Shown here piece after piece: positions 38,284 through 47,810 of a DNA stretch of 51,023 bases (position 1 is the first letter of the stretch; each line of letters starts with the position of its first letter). The position numbers were made by a program, and so were the translations under genes. Source of the DNA: a virus (Duplodnaviria > Caudoviricetes); IMG/VR virus record IMGVR_UViG_3300037510_000392, positions 1 to 51,023 of that record; one strand, 5' to 3'. The notes below the pieces were generated by a model. It saw only the letters and a program-made list of their open reading frames with translations, made no database searches and had not been told where the DNA came from.

Positions 38284-38367
38284 AGCATAAATCACAATCA
38301 CAGTTGTGTCAACACGAATACCTATCGTGTAAAGACGTGTTGACATTCCTGAAAACAGATGTAATCT
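38284..38367. promoter_or_regulatory. Back-to-back divergent promoters
   Basis: Minus: TTGACA-17-TATGCT; plus: TTGACA-16-TAATCT; inverted repeat tgtcaacacg/cgtgttgaca. Confidence 0.7.
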
Positions 38368-38605
38368 ATACATAGAAACGCAATCACAGCACCACCTCGC
38401 ACCAGCACTCCAGCGTTGAGGATCTGATAGCGGGCAAGCACCTTAAAAAGCGAACTCTCTTACCTGACGATTTCCCTACGCCGTGTCAACCCTGACACAG
38501 CCTCTAGAGACCTCGAATTAACGCACAATTGTTCGGTTTATAACTGAAACCGAACGCCAATCAGACATTTGTTACATTGCCGTGATCAGAAAAACGGTTA
38601 TGATT

Positions 38606-38639
38606 TTATAACATAATGACATGTTTCATTATGTGGATG
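38606..38639. other. Candidate tyrosine-recombinase core site (attP/res)
   Basis: Perfect IR acataatga-catgtt-tcattatgt; minus-strand arm TTATGTTATAA resembles the XerD arm. Confidence 0.4.
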
Positions 38640-38890
38640 AGGACAGCGTTTCAGCGCTGCCCCCATCGTGAAACAGCCTCTTGCGAGGCAAGTTCCAATA
38701 CTCTGAAGATCGCCTTGTTTTCTCAGGACCTGTCGATCCCAGAGCCGAGACGGTTTGAGGCCGCCCCGTTGCGCCTCATTTTAGCCTCTAGTTTCTCATT
38801 TGTCATATGGGATTTGACAACCCTGCACCCATCTCAGCACGAGGTGGGTGCGACATACCCCCATAAATAGTTCTACAGAATGAGGCTTCT

Positions 38891-40585
38891 ATGACGACTC
38901 TGCAAGACCCCCAACAAACAGACACAGGCACGCCGATCACCCTCTACCCCATCGGCTCGACAGCCTACAGCGCCTCGCTGGTGACACGAGTGACGATCAC
39001 GGGTGTGAAGCACACGACACGGCAGGTCGAATGGCAGCGCGGCGATGACCCGCGCCCGTTCACGAACTCCCTGAACATCAACGAGCTGAGCGACTCGGAT
39101 GATCCGGCGACGATTGCGACGCTGGCAAAGACGGGGGAGACAAAAGACCCCTGGAAAAACACCCGTGATGCGTTGGCCGCGAAGGTGAAACCTGACTGGG
39201 AGGTGGGTGATCAGGCGCTGCTCGGTCACACGCTGATCACTCTTCAGGAGATCAGTGCCACGCAGGGCGGTGGATACCGCGCACGGTTTACACGGGATGG
39301 TGTGCCGCAGCCCGCTGGTTACGAGGAATGGTGCGATCTCAGTGAGCTTGCCACCCTTGCCAGCCAGTTGGACACCAGTGCGCAGCCGCCCGCTGACACA
39401 GACTCCGAAGGTGGTTACATTAAGCCTGGGAGTGGGTTCATCAGCGGCTTGCGCTCGTCCTCGGATGCAATGATCGATACACCTGAACATCCGGCGGGCC
39501 ATGAATGCGCGAACTGTGGCACGCGCTATTACCTGACTGAGGGCGCTCGTTGCCCGAACTGTAACTTCTCTCGTGCCAATTTTGGTGAACTGGTGACCCC
39601 GCCCACTGACCCTGCCACATTGGATCAGGCGGGGGAGAGCACCATCGCTGAAAATGAGTTCACCATCGCGCAGACCCTTGCGGCGGTGGGAGACAAGCTG
39701 CGCCAGCGCGACAACACGATCATGGGGCTGAATGACCAGCTCAGTGAGAAAGAGACGGAGGTTGAGGGGTTGGAGCGGATGATCGCCACGCTTCAACAAA
39801 AGCTGGATGTGCAGGCGGATGCCACGATGAAGGCCTTACAGCAGCGAGACGCGTACTTGGATGACAACGAGTCGCTGAAGCGGTCCTACCGCAGCATCAG
39901 CGCGCGGATTGCGGAGATGGAAGCGCAGGCCAATGACGATCCTGATGAGGAGAGCGGGTATCTTGAGCACCTCATCATGGAGAGCAACGCCGAGTTGAAT
40001 GCGCGCATCAAGGCGCTGGAAGCCGCGCAGGTTGCGCAGACGCAGCCGCGCACGATTGAGACGATGAAGCTGGTCGATCCTGACATGGATGAAATTGCTG
40101 GATATCGGAATCAGGGTTGGCACGTGGTCTTCGAAGATCTGATCGTTTTGCCTGAGTACGGCAAGGAGTTTACCCACTTCCTCCGCCTCGAACGCGAGAT
40201 CTCCACACCGACCACCCCACCCCACGATGACGCCCGCGCTGTTGTGACTGTGCCGCGTGTCCGTGAGATCGACACGCCCGCCCCCGTTGAGGACACACCC
40301 TCTGATGAGACTGAGGGGATGCGCCCGCAGCCTGCTGAGATCGTGTTCCTGACCGCTGATGCGCCGCAGGACCGCACGCCGATTGATCCGCGTGACATCG
40401 ATCCCAAGATGCCAGCCGCGGAGATCCTGCGCCGATACGGCGCAGAGACGCTGACCCGATTCTGGAATCAGCAGATCGTGGATGACATGGCCACAACGGC
40501 CCTGCGGTGGGATGAGAGGGTAGGGCGACTCATCAGTCACCCTGTGTCCCCCTTTCCGGTTCTCGCAGTCTCAGCAGCACAGTAA
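38891..40585 (+). CDS. Large hypothetical protein with Zn-ribbon and coiled coil
   Basis: CANCG..CPNC; long heptad region. Confidence 0.7.
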   Translation: MTTLQDPQQTDTGTPITLYPIGSTAYSASLVTRVTITGVKHTTRQVEWQRGDDPRPFTNSLNINELSDSDDPATIATLAKTGETKDPWKNTRDALAAKVKPDWEVGDQALLGHTLITLQEISATQGGGYRARFTRDGVPQPAGYEEWCDLSELATLASQLDTSAQPPADTDSEGGYIKPGSGFISGLRSSSDAMIDTPEHPAGHECANCGTRYYLTEGARCPNCNFSRANFGELVTPPTDPATLDQAGESTIAENEFTIAQTLAAVGDKLRQRDNTIMGLNDQLSEKETEVEGLERMIATLQQKLDVQADATMKALQQRDAYLDDNESLKRSYRSISARIAEMEAQANDDPDEESGYLEHLIMESNAELNARIKALEAAQVAQTQPRTIETMKLVDPDMDEIAGYRNQGWHVVFEDLIVLPEYGKEFTHFLRLEREISTPTTPPHDDARAVVTVPRVREIDTPAPVEDTPSDETEGMRPQPAEIVFLTADAPQDRTPIDPRDIDPKMPAAEILRRYGAETLTRFWNQQIVDDMATTALRWDERVGRLISHPVSPFPVLAVSAAQ

Positions 40586-40669
40586 CTTATCCTGACAGCA
40601 CATTCCGACGAAGGCCGTTCGTGTGAGCGGTCCTGTGTTCGATGCACCTAGTTTTTGGAGTTGAGCACG

Positions 40670-41038
40670 ATGTTTACAAAAGACGAATGGGCGCGGTTCG
40701 CCCGTGCGGTTCCGGTGGGAACGAAAATTCGGTTCGATGTTGGCGCAGATGAGTCCGATGAGACGATCTGGATCACGGGCACACTGCTGGAGAACTACCC
40801 GCACTTTCAGGAGGCGCACATCGCCTTGATCACCGACCCTCAGGTGGCCGATGCCGAGCGGAAGGATATGGCAACATGGCCGCTGCTGCGCTTTGAGCGC
40901 GACGATGAACCTCTGACCAACACGATGCACGACACCTACATGGCCGAATACATGTCCTTCAACATCTGGGAAGGCTGGTACAGCATGACCGACATCCTGA
41001 TGGGTGATGAAGAGGATGATGCGGCGGTGGCCTCATGA
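40670..41038 (+). CDS. Acidic hypothetical protein
   Basis: ORF in operon. Confidence 0.6.
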   Translation: MFTKDEWARFARAVPVGTKIRFDVGADESDETIWITGTLLENYPHFQEAHIALITDPQVADAERKDMATWPLLRFERDDEPLTNTMHDTYMAEYMSFNIWEGWYSMTDILMGDEEDDAAVAS

Positions 41039-41457
41039 TGACCGAAACAGGGGACACGGAAAAGGCCTTGCAGGTGGCAGTGACAGAGGTGGGCCTCAGC
41101 CTGATGGATCTCGATGGCATCCATCGCTTTCTCCTCCAGACGAATGCCCCGAACTTCATGATCGCGACGCTCACCAGCATCATGAACCAGTTGTATGCAG
41201 CAGGGGCTGCGCTTGACAGCACGAAGGCGGGTCTTGCCAGGGCTGTTGAGCAGCGTGATGAGATGGTGCAAGCGCTGGTTCATGCGCAGTGTGAGATTGA
41301 AGCGCTGAAACAGGCCCCTGACGAGAGCGCCGAGCAGTTGGCCATACTCGAATACGATCTCAGTATCGCCAACATGAACAATCCGTTGATTGCCGTGTTG
41401 GTCCGCGAGGTGTGGGAGCAGTCCCAGGCTGATCTGATTGCGCAGAAGGGGGCCTAG
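41035..41457 (+). CDS. Hypothetical protein
   Basis: ATGA overlap. Confidence 0.6.
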   Translation: MMTETGDTEKALQVAVTEVGLSLMDLDGIHRFLLQTNAPNFMIATLTSIMNQLYAAGAALDSTKAGLARAVEQRDEMVQALVHAQCEIEALKQAPDESAEQLAILEYDLSIANMNNPLIAVLVREVWEQSQADLIAQKGA

Positions 41458-41964
41458 ATGACGACCTACACGAAAGAGCGGCGCGTGCTCGGCAAGGGTC
41501 TTGCAGCCACGGTCACACGCGCACAGGAGCGCAGTGAGACCCCCTTGCTCCTGTGCCACAACTATGACGCCTCTCAGGTTCCTGGCTTGCTGGCGCACCT
41601 TCAGCGGTTCGCGCCGATGGGCGTGAGCCTGAAGATGGATGCGCTGGCGATGGTCAACAGCGCGGCGCTGGCCGCAAGTGAGGCGCATGTGGAACGCTTG
41701 CAGTCTCAGCTTCGAGAGGCGCAGGCGCAGGTCAAGGCGCTGCAAGAGCAGATCAATGCGCAGGCCAGTGCAATCCCCGCAGAGGGCACGCGCTGGATGA
41801 CACTGCCAGAGGCCACAAAGATCATCGGCAAGTCTTACAGCACACTTCACCGCGCGCATGTGGATGGTCGACTGGTGACACGGATTATCGGCGGCACCAA
41901 AAAAGACCAGATCATGTGTGACCCGAACACGTATCGCGAGAAGATCGCAAACAAGGCAGGATGA
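41458..41964 (+). CDS. Coiled-coil protein with C-terminal excisionase/MerR-like HTH
   Basis: WMTLPEATKIIGKSYSTLHRAHVDGRL. Confidence 0.65.
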   Translation: MTTYTKERRVLGKGLAATVTRAQERSETPLLLCHNYDASQVPGLLAHLQRFAPMGVSLKMDALAMVNSAALAASEAHVERLQSQLREAQAQVKALQEQINAQASAIPAEGTRWMTLPEATKIIGKSYSTLHRAHVDGRLVTRIIGGTKKDQIMCDPNTYREKIANKAG

Positions 41965-41966
41965 AT

Positions 41967-42016
41967 ACATTTAACCATTCCTGATCACATTCAACCATCT
42001 CAACACATTTGACCAT
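41967..42016 (+). repeat. Three direct repeats ACATTYRACCAT
   Basis: acatttaaccat 41967, acattcaaccat 41987, acatttgaccat 42005. Confidence 0.7.
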
Positions 42017-42062
42017 CGGGAGGCGGCTGGCGGGTCGCCTCCTTATCACAAGGACACTTGCT

Positions 42063-42422
42063 ATGACACAGACACAGGGGTCACACGAGGATGTGACCGC
42101 ACAGGACATTCTTACCTCGGTGCTTCAGTTGGCCGAGGAAACGCCGGACATGATGGCGCTGGCGGTGGAGCGGTTGGAGGCCCATCTGATTCTCATCACT
42201 GAAGCGGCGCAGTCCAGCGGCGACACCGCCCTCATTGAGGCGGTGGATGGCATCTGGGAGCAGCTTCAGCGGGTCAAGGCGCTGTCGACCACGCAGGTGA
42301 TTTCTCTCACGGGGATCGGCATCGCGTTTGCGGATCTGATGTTGCAGCGGGATCAGGCGGTGCACATGGCGGATGAGGCGCAGAAGTGGGCGAAACAACT
42401 CGCACGGCTGAAGGGAGCGTAG
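42063..42422 (+). CDS. Hypothetical protein
   Basis: RBS aagga; helical ORF. Confidence 0.6.
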   Translation: MTQTQGSHEDVTAQDILTSVLQLAEETPDMMALAVERLEAHLILITEAAQSSGDTALIEAVDGIWEQLQRVKALSTTQVISLTGIGIAFADLMLQRDQAVHMADEAQKWAKQLARLKGA

Positions 42423-42426
42423 GCGG

Positions 42427-42564
42427 ATGAGCGCACACCAGAAACAGCAGCGGCGGCGTGAGAGATTGCACCGCCACGAGCAGACGCGCAAGCAGGTGCA
42501 GCGGGCGGCGCGGATCACCGCGGCTCACCAGCGCCTTGAGGACCGTCGACGGGGGCTGCGATGA
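42427..42564 (+). CDS. Small basic protein (45 aa, not in ORF track)
   Basis: ATG 42427 to TGA overlapping next ATG; fills the gap. Confidence 0.45.
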   Translation: MSAHQKQQRRRERLHRHEQTRKQVQRAARITAAHQRLEDRRRGLR

Positions 42565-42932
42565 ACACACCCACATCGATTGACGCCCAGACGCGCGCGG
42601 AACTGTTGGCGTATGTGAAGCAGCAGGCCGACAACGGCGGTTATGCCGCACGGCTGGCTGATGTGTTGATTGCCAATGCCAACAACTCCGCCCGTGCCCG
42701 TCGTCAGCGCACTGACATCAGCGCGAACCCTTACAGACTCGGCCCCTCGCAGATTGAGGCCCTCCAGATGGCCCATGCCTTTGGCAGTGTGGGGTGTGGG
42801 CAGGGCATGGGCTATGCCATCGAGCGCTTGCATGCGTTGAAGCTCATTGAGCGGATGCGCAACGGGTTTTACAGACTGACAGACAAGGGCCGTAAGGTGG
42901 CGCGGGAGCTTGAGTATGGTGCTGATCAATGA
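42561..42932 (+). CDS. Winged-helix protein
   Basis: AIERLHALKLIE...YRLTDKGR. Confidence 0.6.
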   Translation: MNTPTSIDAQTRAELLAYVKQQADNGGYAARLADVLIANANNSARARRQRTDISANPYRLGPSQIEALQMAHAFGSVGCGQGMGYAIERLHALKLIERMRNGFYRLTDKGRKVARELEYGADQ

Positions 42933-43032
42933 TGCGGCCCTGCGTCCCCTTCGCCTCCTCCTCATCGCAAACGCGCACAGGCGCGCCCTTCAACGTCATC
43001 GCCATCGCCAGCAGAAGGACACTACACACCCC

Positions 43033-43704
43033 ATGACAGACACACGCCCGTTTGAACTCACACCGACCATGTTCAGCATTCTTCATCTGGGCATGCGCTA
43101 CGAAACGTTTTCGCTGACTCGCCAGCAGGCGGGCAAGGCCTCCGGGTTCCTGAAGCTGCACGGGTATATCGACGCTGCGCCAAAGAAGGGTGAGTACACG
43201 CTGACGGCGAAGGGGCGCAGCGAATACGAGCGCCTCAAGGCCTTGCGCGATGCGACCACTGCTGTGACATCGAATGCGGCACCAGAGAGTGCCATGAGCA
43301 TCAATCACGATGACCCTGCGCTGCGTGTGGCGGGACAGACGGATCACGTGGGGGCGCTCGCAGCACAGCGGCAGGTGCGCATCAACCAGCTTGAGAAGAC
43401 GATTGATGATCTGAATCGCTTGCTGGATCAGCGGGCGGATCGGGTCAAGGCCCTTGAGAATACGCTGGATCAGCGCGGGGATTTGATCGACCAGCAGACG
43501 GGTCAGATTGAAGCGCAGCGGCGGCTGATCAGTGAGTTGAATCAGCAAATCGTTGATCTGGGTCGCAGTGCTCACAAGGCGGATGCGGCGCTGGCGGTGC
43601 AGATCCTGGATGAGCTGTGTGACATGCTGCCAGAGGTTGAGACTTACCGCACGGCACGCGAGAACGCTGTGAAGGCGATTACCACCCTGAAGGCGCGGCG
43701 CTAA
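43033..43704 (+). CDS. Winged-helix plus coiled-coil protein
   Basis: LKLHGYI...YTLTAKGR then heptad repeats; RBS aagga. Confidence 0.6.
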   Translation: MTDTRPFELTPTMFSILHLGMRYETFSLTRQQAGKASGFLKLHGYIDAAPKKGEYTLTAKGRSEYERLKALRDATTAVTSNAAPESAMSINHDDPALRVAGQTDHVGALAAQRQVRINQLEKTIDDLNRLLDQRADRVKALENTLDQRGDLIDQQTGQIEAQRRLISELNQQIVDLGRSAHKADAALAVQILDELCDMLPEVETYRTARENAVKAITTLKARR

Positions 43705-43792
43705 ATCCAAGGGGGATTGATCGATGAATAAGTTCATTCACGTAGTCACCCTCCGACGATCACATCTAACCACTGAGTGAAAGAGGTGAGAT

Positions 43793-44884
43793 TTGAACCC
43801 TGAGTCTGCCATCACCCTCATTCCCCACCCTGCCCCCGCCTTCCACTGGTTGGACCACTTTTCGCGTGAGGCGGCCGTGGTTGCCGTGTCTGCCTACATC
43901 GCCATGCTCGGGTCCTCACGTCATCCTGAGCAGAGCACGCGCGTCGTGTATGCGGGTGGCCTGACCTACCTGCTGGACTGGCTGGCCGATGAACTGCCGA
44001 CGTTGGCGGTGATGCAGGATTATGTGGCGCATCTGGTTCAGCGGGGATTGGCGCGCAGCACGATCAATGCGCGCTATCTGGCGGTGGCACGCCACTATCT
44101 GCGGGCGCTGGCGGATCAGCACCAGCCTGGATTGACCGGGGCGGTCCGTGACTTTGTGGCGGATTGTGCCATGCAGATGCGTCAGGCGGCCGCCATCAAG
44201 CCGCCACCGCGTGAGGTCAGCACGAACATTGCGCCCCTCTGGAACCCCAAATTCAAGCGCTTGTCGCTTGATCAGGTCAACACGGTGTTGAGCGCGATTG
44301 ACCGCGAATCACTCATCGGCCTGCGCGATTACGCCTTGCTCAGGATTGCCTTTGCCACGGGGCTGCGCGTGGGGGAGCTGCAACGGCTGACCCTGGAAAA
44401 CATCCGATCAGTGGATGAGGAGACGTACCTCATTCAGGTGCGCGGCAAGCGCAACAACTTCGACCCGGTGTCGATTGATGCGGGAGCCTACGCGGCCATT
44501 CTGGAGTACGTGCAGGCCTTCAATGGCTACCTCTACAGCGATGATCCACGCCGCATTGGGGGCAGTGTCCCAATCTGGCAGGTGGTCCATCGCTACGGCA
44601 CGCCCTACCCGCTCAACTTCTACGATCCGTGCAAGGGTCTGTCAAAGCAGGCGCTGCGCGACATGATGGGGGATCGGACAGAACGCGTTCTCGGTGCGGA
44701 GTGGCGACTGTCCCCGCACGATTATCGGCGCACCGCAGCCTCGCTTGCTTACACCGCAAAGATGGCCATTGAGGACATTCAGAAGATGCTGCGCCATGCC
44801 TCGATCACCACCACGATGAAATACATCGGGGTAGAGCCAAAGTACGACCGTCAGACGCTGGGCCGTTTGGTCCGGATTGGATAA
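43793..44884 (+). CDS. Tyrosine recombinase (XerC/D-like)
   Basis: RDYALL...TGLRVGEL (R), RGK (K), HDYR (H-x-x-R), LRH (H), TTMKY (Y). Confidence 0.92.
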   Translation: MNPESAITLIPHPAPAFHWLDHFSREAAVVAVSAYIAMLGSSRHPEQSTRVVYAGGLTYLLDWLADELPTLAVMQDYVAHLVQRGLARSTINARYLAVARHYLRALADQHQPGLTGAVRDFVADCAMQMRQAAAIKPPPREVSTNIAPLWNPKFKRLSLDQVNTVLSAIDRESLIGLRDYALLRIAFATGLRVGELQRLTLENIRSVDEETYLIQVRGKRNNFDPVSIDAGAYAAILEYVQAFNGYLYSDDPRRIGGSVPIWQVVHRYGTPYPLNFYDPCKGLSKQALRDMMGDRTERVLGAEWRLSPHDYRRTAASLAYTAKMAIEDIQKMLRHASITTTMKYIGVEPKYDRQTLGRLVRIG

Positions 44885-44896
44885 GGAGACCTCCTC

Positions 44897-45022
44897 ATGA
44901 TTGATGCGATGCCGCGCGATTTGGCGCTGCTGTGTCTGGGCCTCATGCTGCTGTGGGGGATCGGGTTGATTGTTGTGCTGCACGTGCTGTCGCGGCGCAA
45001 TGGGAAGGACAAGCGCGAATGA
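44897..45022 (+). CDS. Small single-TM protein (41 aa, not in ORF track)
   Basis: RBS aaggag; hydrophobic core; stop overlaps next ATG. Confidence 0.55.
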   Translation: MIDAMPRDLALLCLGLMLLWGIGLIVVLHVLSRRNGKDKRE

Positions 45023-45429
45023 GCAGTAAGTCCAAGTGGTCGATGCTGGCCAAACGCAAAGATGATGCCTTTGTGGGATTGGGACCGCGCCCACAGACAA
45101 AGCTTCAACCGATCAAAGAGGAGCCGCTTCCGGTCACCATGATTGTGATGATCCGTGAGGAGCAGTTGGAGCCAGGGAGCCGCCTGTACAGCATGGGGCA
45201 GTGCTCGATTATCGTCTCCCCGCCTGTTGATGTGGGGTGGGGCTGGCACCTGAGTATCGCGCACCCCACGCGCTATCCCACATGGGATGAGGTGGCCAAG
45301 GCGCGCTATGAGTTGCTGCCACTCGATGTTGATTTCGACATGCCGCTGCCGCGGCCTGAGAACTACGTCAGCATCCATTCCAACTGCTTTCACGTGTGGG
45401 AAAGCGGAAAGCAGAGGTCAGTCAGATGA
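45019..45429 (+). CDS. Conserved phage hypothetical protein
   Basis: WHLSIAHPTRYPTWDE...YVSIHSNCFHVW motif. Confidence 0.7.
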   Translation: MSSKSKWSMLAKRKDDAFVGLGPRPQTKLQPIKEEPLPVTMIVMIREEQLEPGSRLYSMGQCSIIVSPPVDVGWGWHLSIAHPTRYPTWDEVAKARYELLPLDVDFDMPLPRPENYVSIHSNCFHVWESGKQRSVR

Positions 45430-45854
45430 TTGATGAGGCACTCGGCACAATCAAAACGCTGGCAAAGGTCATCATCGCCAATCGCAAAGGTCATAAGCGG
45501 CGGACGCGTAATATCGAGGTCTTTGAACGCGAAATTGTTCGGCTCTTTGATATTTTCAATGCCTCCCCAATTTCCTATGGGACTCACCTCCGTGATGATC
45601 TGCTGGTTCAGGTGCAAGATGCGCTGATCGCTATTCACACGCTGGCTCATGGCCCTCTGGGTGAGCCGTTCAACGAGACTCACTTTGACATTGAGCAGCG
45701 CCTCTATCTGCTGATCGACGTGGTGGACTGGCTGCGGGACAAGATCCGTGAGGGCAAACCCTACACCCTGTTTGATGCAATGGAGGACGAGCGCAAGAAA
45801 CGGGCATCGGAACCCGCAGCCGCACATCGAGACACTGATGAGATCCCGTTCTGA
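45426..45854 (+). CDS. Hypothetical protein ending in SSB-like DEIPF
   Basis: ATGA overlap; C-terminus DTDEIPF. Confidence 0.65.
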   Translation: MIDEALGTIKTLAKVIIANRKGHKRRTRNIEVFEREIVRLFDIFNASPISYGTHLRDDLLVQVQDALIAIHTLAHGPLGEPFNETHFDIEQRLYLLIDVVDWLRDKIREGKPYTLFDAMEDERKKRASEPAAAHRDTDEIPF

Positions 45855-45881
45855 CCTTGAGCAAATGGCATTATGCAGCCT
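45854..45881 (+). repeat. dif-like site (degenerate left arm)
   Basis: accttgagcaa-atggca-ttatgcagcct. Confidence 0.4.
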
Positions 45882-45914
45882 CAGCAAGAATTTGAACTCG
45901 AAAAGGACTAAATC

Positions 45915-46220
45915 ATGTGGCCTATTTGCCCGAACTGCTTCAATGAGCAGCAAGAAGGTATGAGCAATTGTGATAGCGGTTTCCCTGATTACAACGGGGG
46001 ATCGATCTGCAATGACTGCGGCGCGTGCATCCTCAATGATCAGTGGATCTATGAGGACGATGACGAATTTGAACGTGAGCGCAAAGAGGACATAGAGCGG
46101 GCAGGCCGCATGTTCCAACAGGACGAAATCGAAGACGCTGAGATCTCCGCTGCGAATTGGTGCGCGTGTGGATTGCCGCGTGACGTTTGCCAGTGCGATG
46201 ATGAGGCGGCGCAATCGTGA
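45915..46220 (+). CDS. Acidic Cys-rich protein
   Basis: CPNC, CNDCG, CACG..C.C; RBS aaagga. Confidence 0.6.
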   Translation: MWPICPNCFNEQQEGMSNCDSGFPDYNGGSICNDCGACILNDQWIYEDDDEFERERKEDIERAGRMFQQDEIEDAEISAANWCACGLPRDVCQCDDEAAQS

Positions 46221-47026
46221 AAACACGCAATATCTTTCCCTACTTTGGGGGCAAGGGGAACATGGCAGACATGATTGTGTCCCTCATGCCTCAGCACCGG
46301 ATCTACTCAGAAGCTTTCTCCGGCGGTGCGAATGTCCTGATTCGCAAAGCACCGTCGGTGCGTGAAGTGCTGAATGATTTGAATGGAGAGGTGATCAATT
46401 TCTTTCTGCAGCTGCGCGACAATCCGCGCCGCCTGATTCGTGCCATCAATCTCACGCCGTTCAGTCGCAAAGAGAATATCGCCTCATGGAACTATGAGGG
46501 TGAGGATCCGGTGGAATTGGCCCGCTTGTTTTATGTGCGCAGCTGCCAGTCTTTTGGCGGTGGCGGGTTGGATCACCAATCTGGTTGGCGGTTTGGCGTT
46601 CACAGTCGCTCCAGTGCGATCACCCAATGGAATAAGACGTCTCATCTCTGGGAAGTGGCGCGCCGCCTCAAGAATGTTCAGATCGAATGTGACGATGCTT
46701 TGAAGGTTGCCACCAGGTGCGATAGCCCTGAAACCTTGCACTACTGGGACCCACCATATGTTCACGCCACGCGGCCCAAAGGTAAAAACTTTCGAGGCTA
46801 CATGCATGAGATGACCGACGGTCAACACATTGCGATGGCTCAGCTTGCCTACAGTCTCAAAGGTATGGTCATCATCTCAGGCTATCGGTGTGATCTCTAT
46901 GATGAGCTATTCGGGACCTGGCGTCGGATCGATGTGAGCGCAAAGGCCGTGAACAATGCCAAGCGAGTTGAATCGCTCTGGTTCTCTCCCAGCTGCAAGG
47001 TTCCTGTTCAAACGACACTGTTTTGA
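46217..47026 (+). CDS. DNA adenine methyltransferase (Dam/D12 class)
   Basis: FPYFGGKG, EAFSGG, EVLND, DPPY. Confidence 0.9.
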   Translation: MKTRNIFPYFGGKGNMADMIVSLMPQHRIYSEAFSGGANVLIRKAPSVREVLNDLNGEVINFFLQLRDNPRRLIRAINLTPFSRKENIASWNYEGEDPVELARLFYVRSCQSFGGGGLDHQSGWRFGVHSRSSAITQWNKTSHLWEVARRLKNVQIECDDALKVATRCDSPETLHYWDPPYVHATRPKGKNFRGYMHEMTDGQHIAMAQLAYSLKGMVIISGYRCDLYDELFGTWRRIDVSAKAVNNAKRVESLWFSPSCKVPVQTTLF

Positions 47027-47030
47027 GCAG

Positions 47031-47058
47031 TCCGCCCATAAGAGGCTTTCCTCACATA
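47031..47058 (+). repeat. dif-like cassette boundary site
   Basis: tccgcccataa-gaggct-ttcctcacata. Confidence 0.6.
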
Positions 47059-47078
47059 CAGCATGAAAGGAGGTATCG

Positions 47079-47810
47079 ATGGAGCTAAACCGCATTCACA
47101 ACTGTACAGCCATAGACCTGTTCAACTCCCTGCAGGAGAAGGCGTCTCTCATCGTGGCTGACCCTCCTTATGGTATCGGCTATCACGATACACAGATGGG
47201 TAAGACGCCCACCATGAAACGGGGCGCTTATCTGGAGAGGGATAAGCCGCGCGATCACCAGCCTGAGCAGTTTGACGATTCAAAGATTGATACCTCTTGG
47301 ATCAAGCCAGCATTTGAATCTCTTGCTGAAGGCGGCGCGATGTACATGTTCACGCGGTGGGACGTGATGCACGAATGGCACACAGCAGCATTAGAGGCTG
47401 GTTTTAAGGTGCCTCAGTGCATCGTCTGGGATAAATGCCATTTCGGTGCAGGCAATCTTGATTACTACGGTTCGCAGACTGAATTCATTCTGTTCTGCAT
47501 CAAGGGCAAGCACGTTCTTCGCTGGTCGAAACGTGAGGGCAATATGTGGCGCATCGGGCGCGGGCGCGTGACTGGCAAAGATGGCGGCGGGCGTCACCCA
47601 ACACAAAAGCCGAGAGACATCTTTAAGCAGATTATCGTTCGCAGTAGCGTCACAGGGGATTTGGTCATTGATCCCTTCAGCGGCTCAGGCGCGGCATGTA
47701 AAGCGGCTCAGGCATTGGGGCGGCGCTTCATTGGATGCGACATCATGCCCAAATTCGCTGCAGCGGCTCAGGCATGGGCCAATGAGCCTTACACATCTGC
47801 ACTGTTTTAA
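47079..47810 (+). CDS. DNA methyltransferase, N4-C/N6-A beta class
   Basis: ADPPY, HPTQKP, DPFSGSG. Confidence 0.9.
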   Translation: MELNRIHNCTAIDLFNSLQEKASLIVADPPYGIGYHDTQMGKTPTMKRGAYLERDKPRDHQPEQFDDSKIDTSWIKPAFESLAEGGAMYMFTRWDVMHEWHTAALEAGFKVPQCIVWDKCHFGAGNLDYYGSQTEFILFCIKGKHVLRWSKREGNMWRIGRGRVTGKDGGGRHPTQKPRDIFKQIIVRSSVTGDLVIDPFSGSGAACKAAQALGRRFIGCDIMPKFAAAAQAWANEPYTSALF

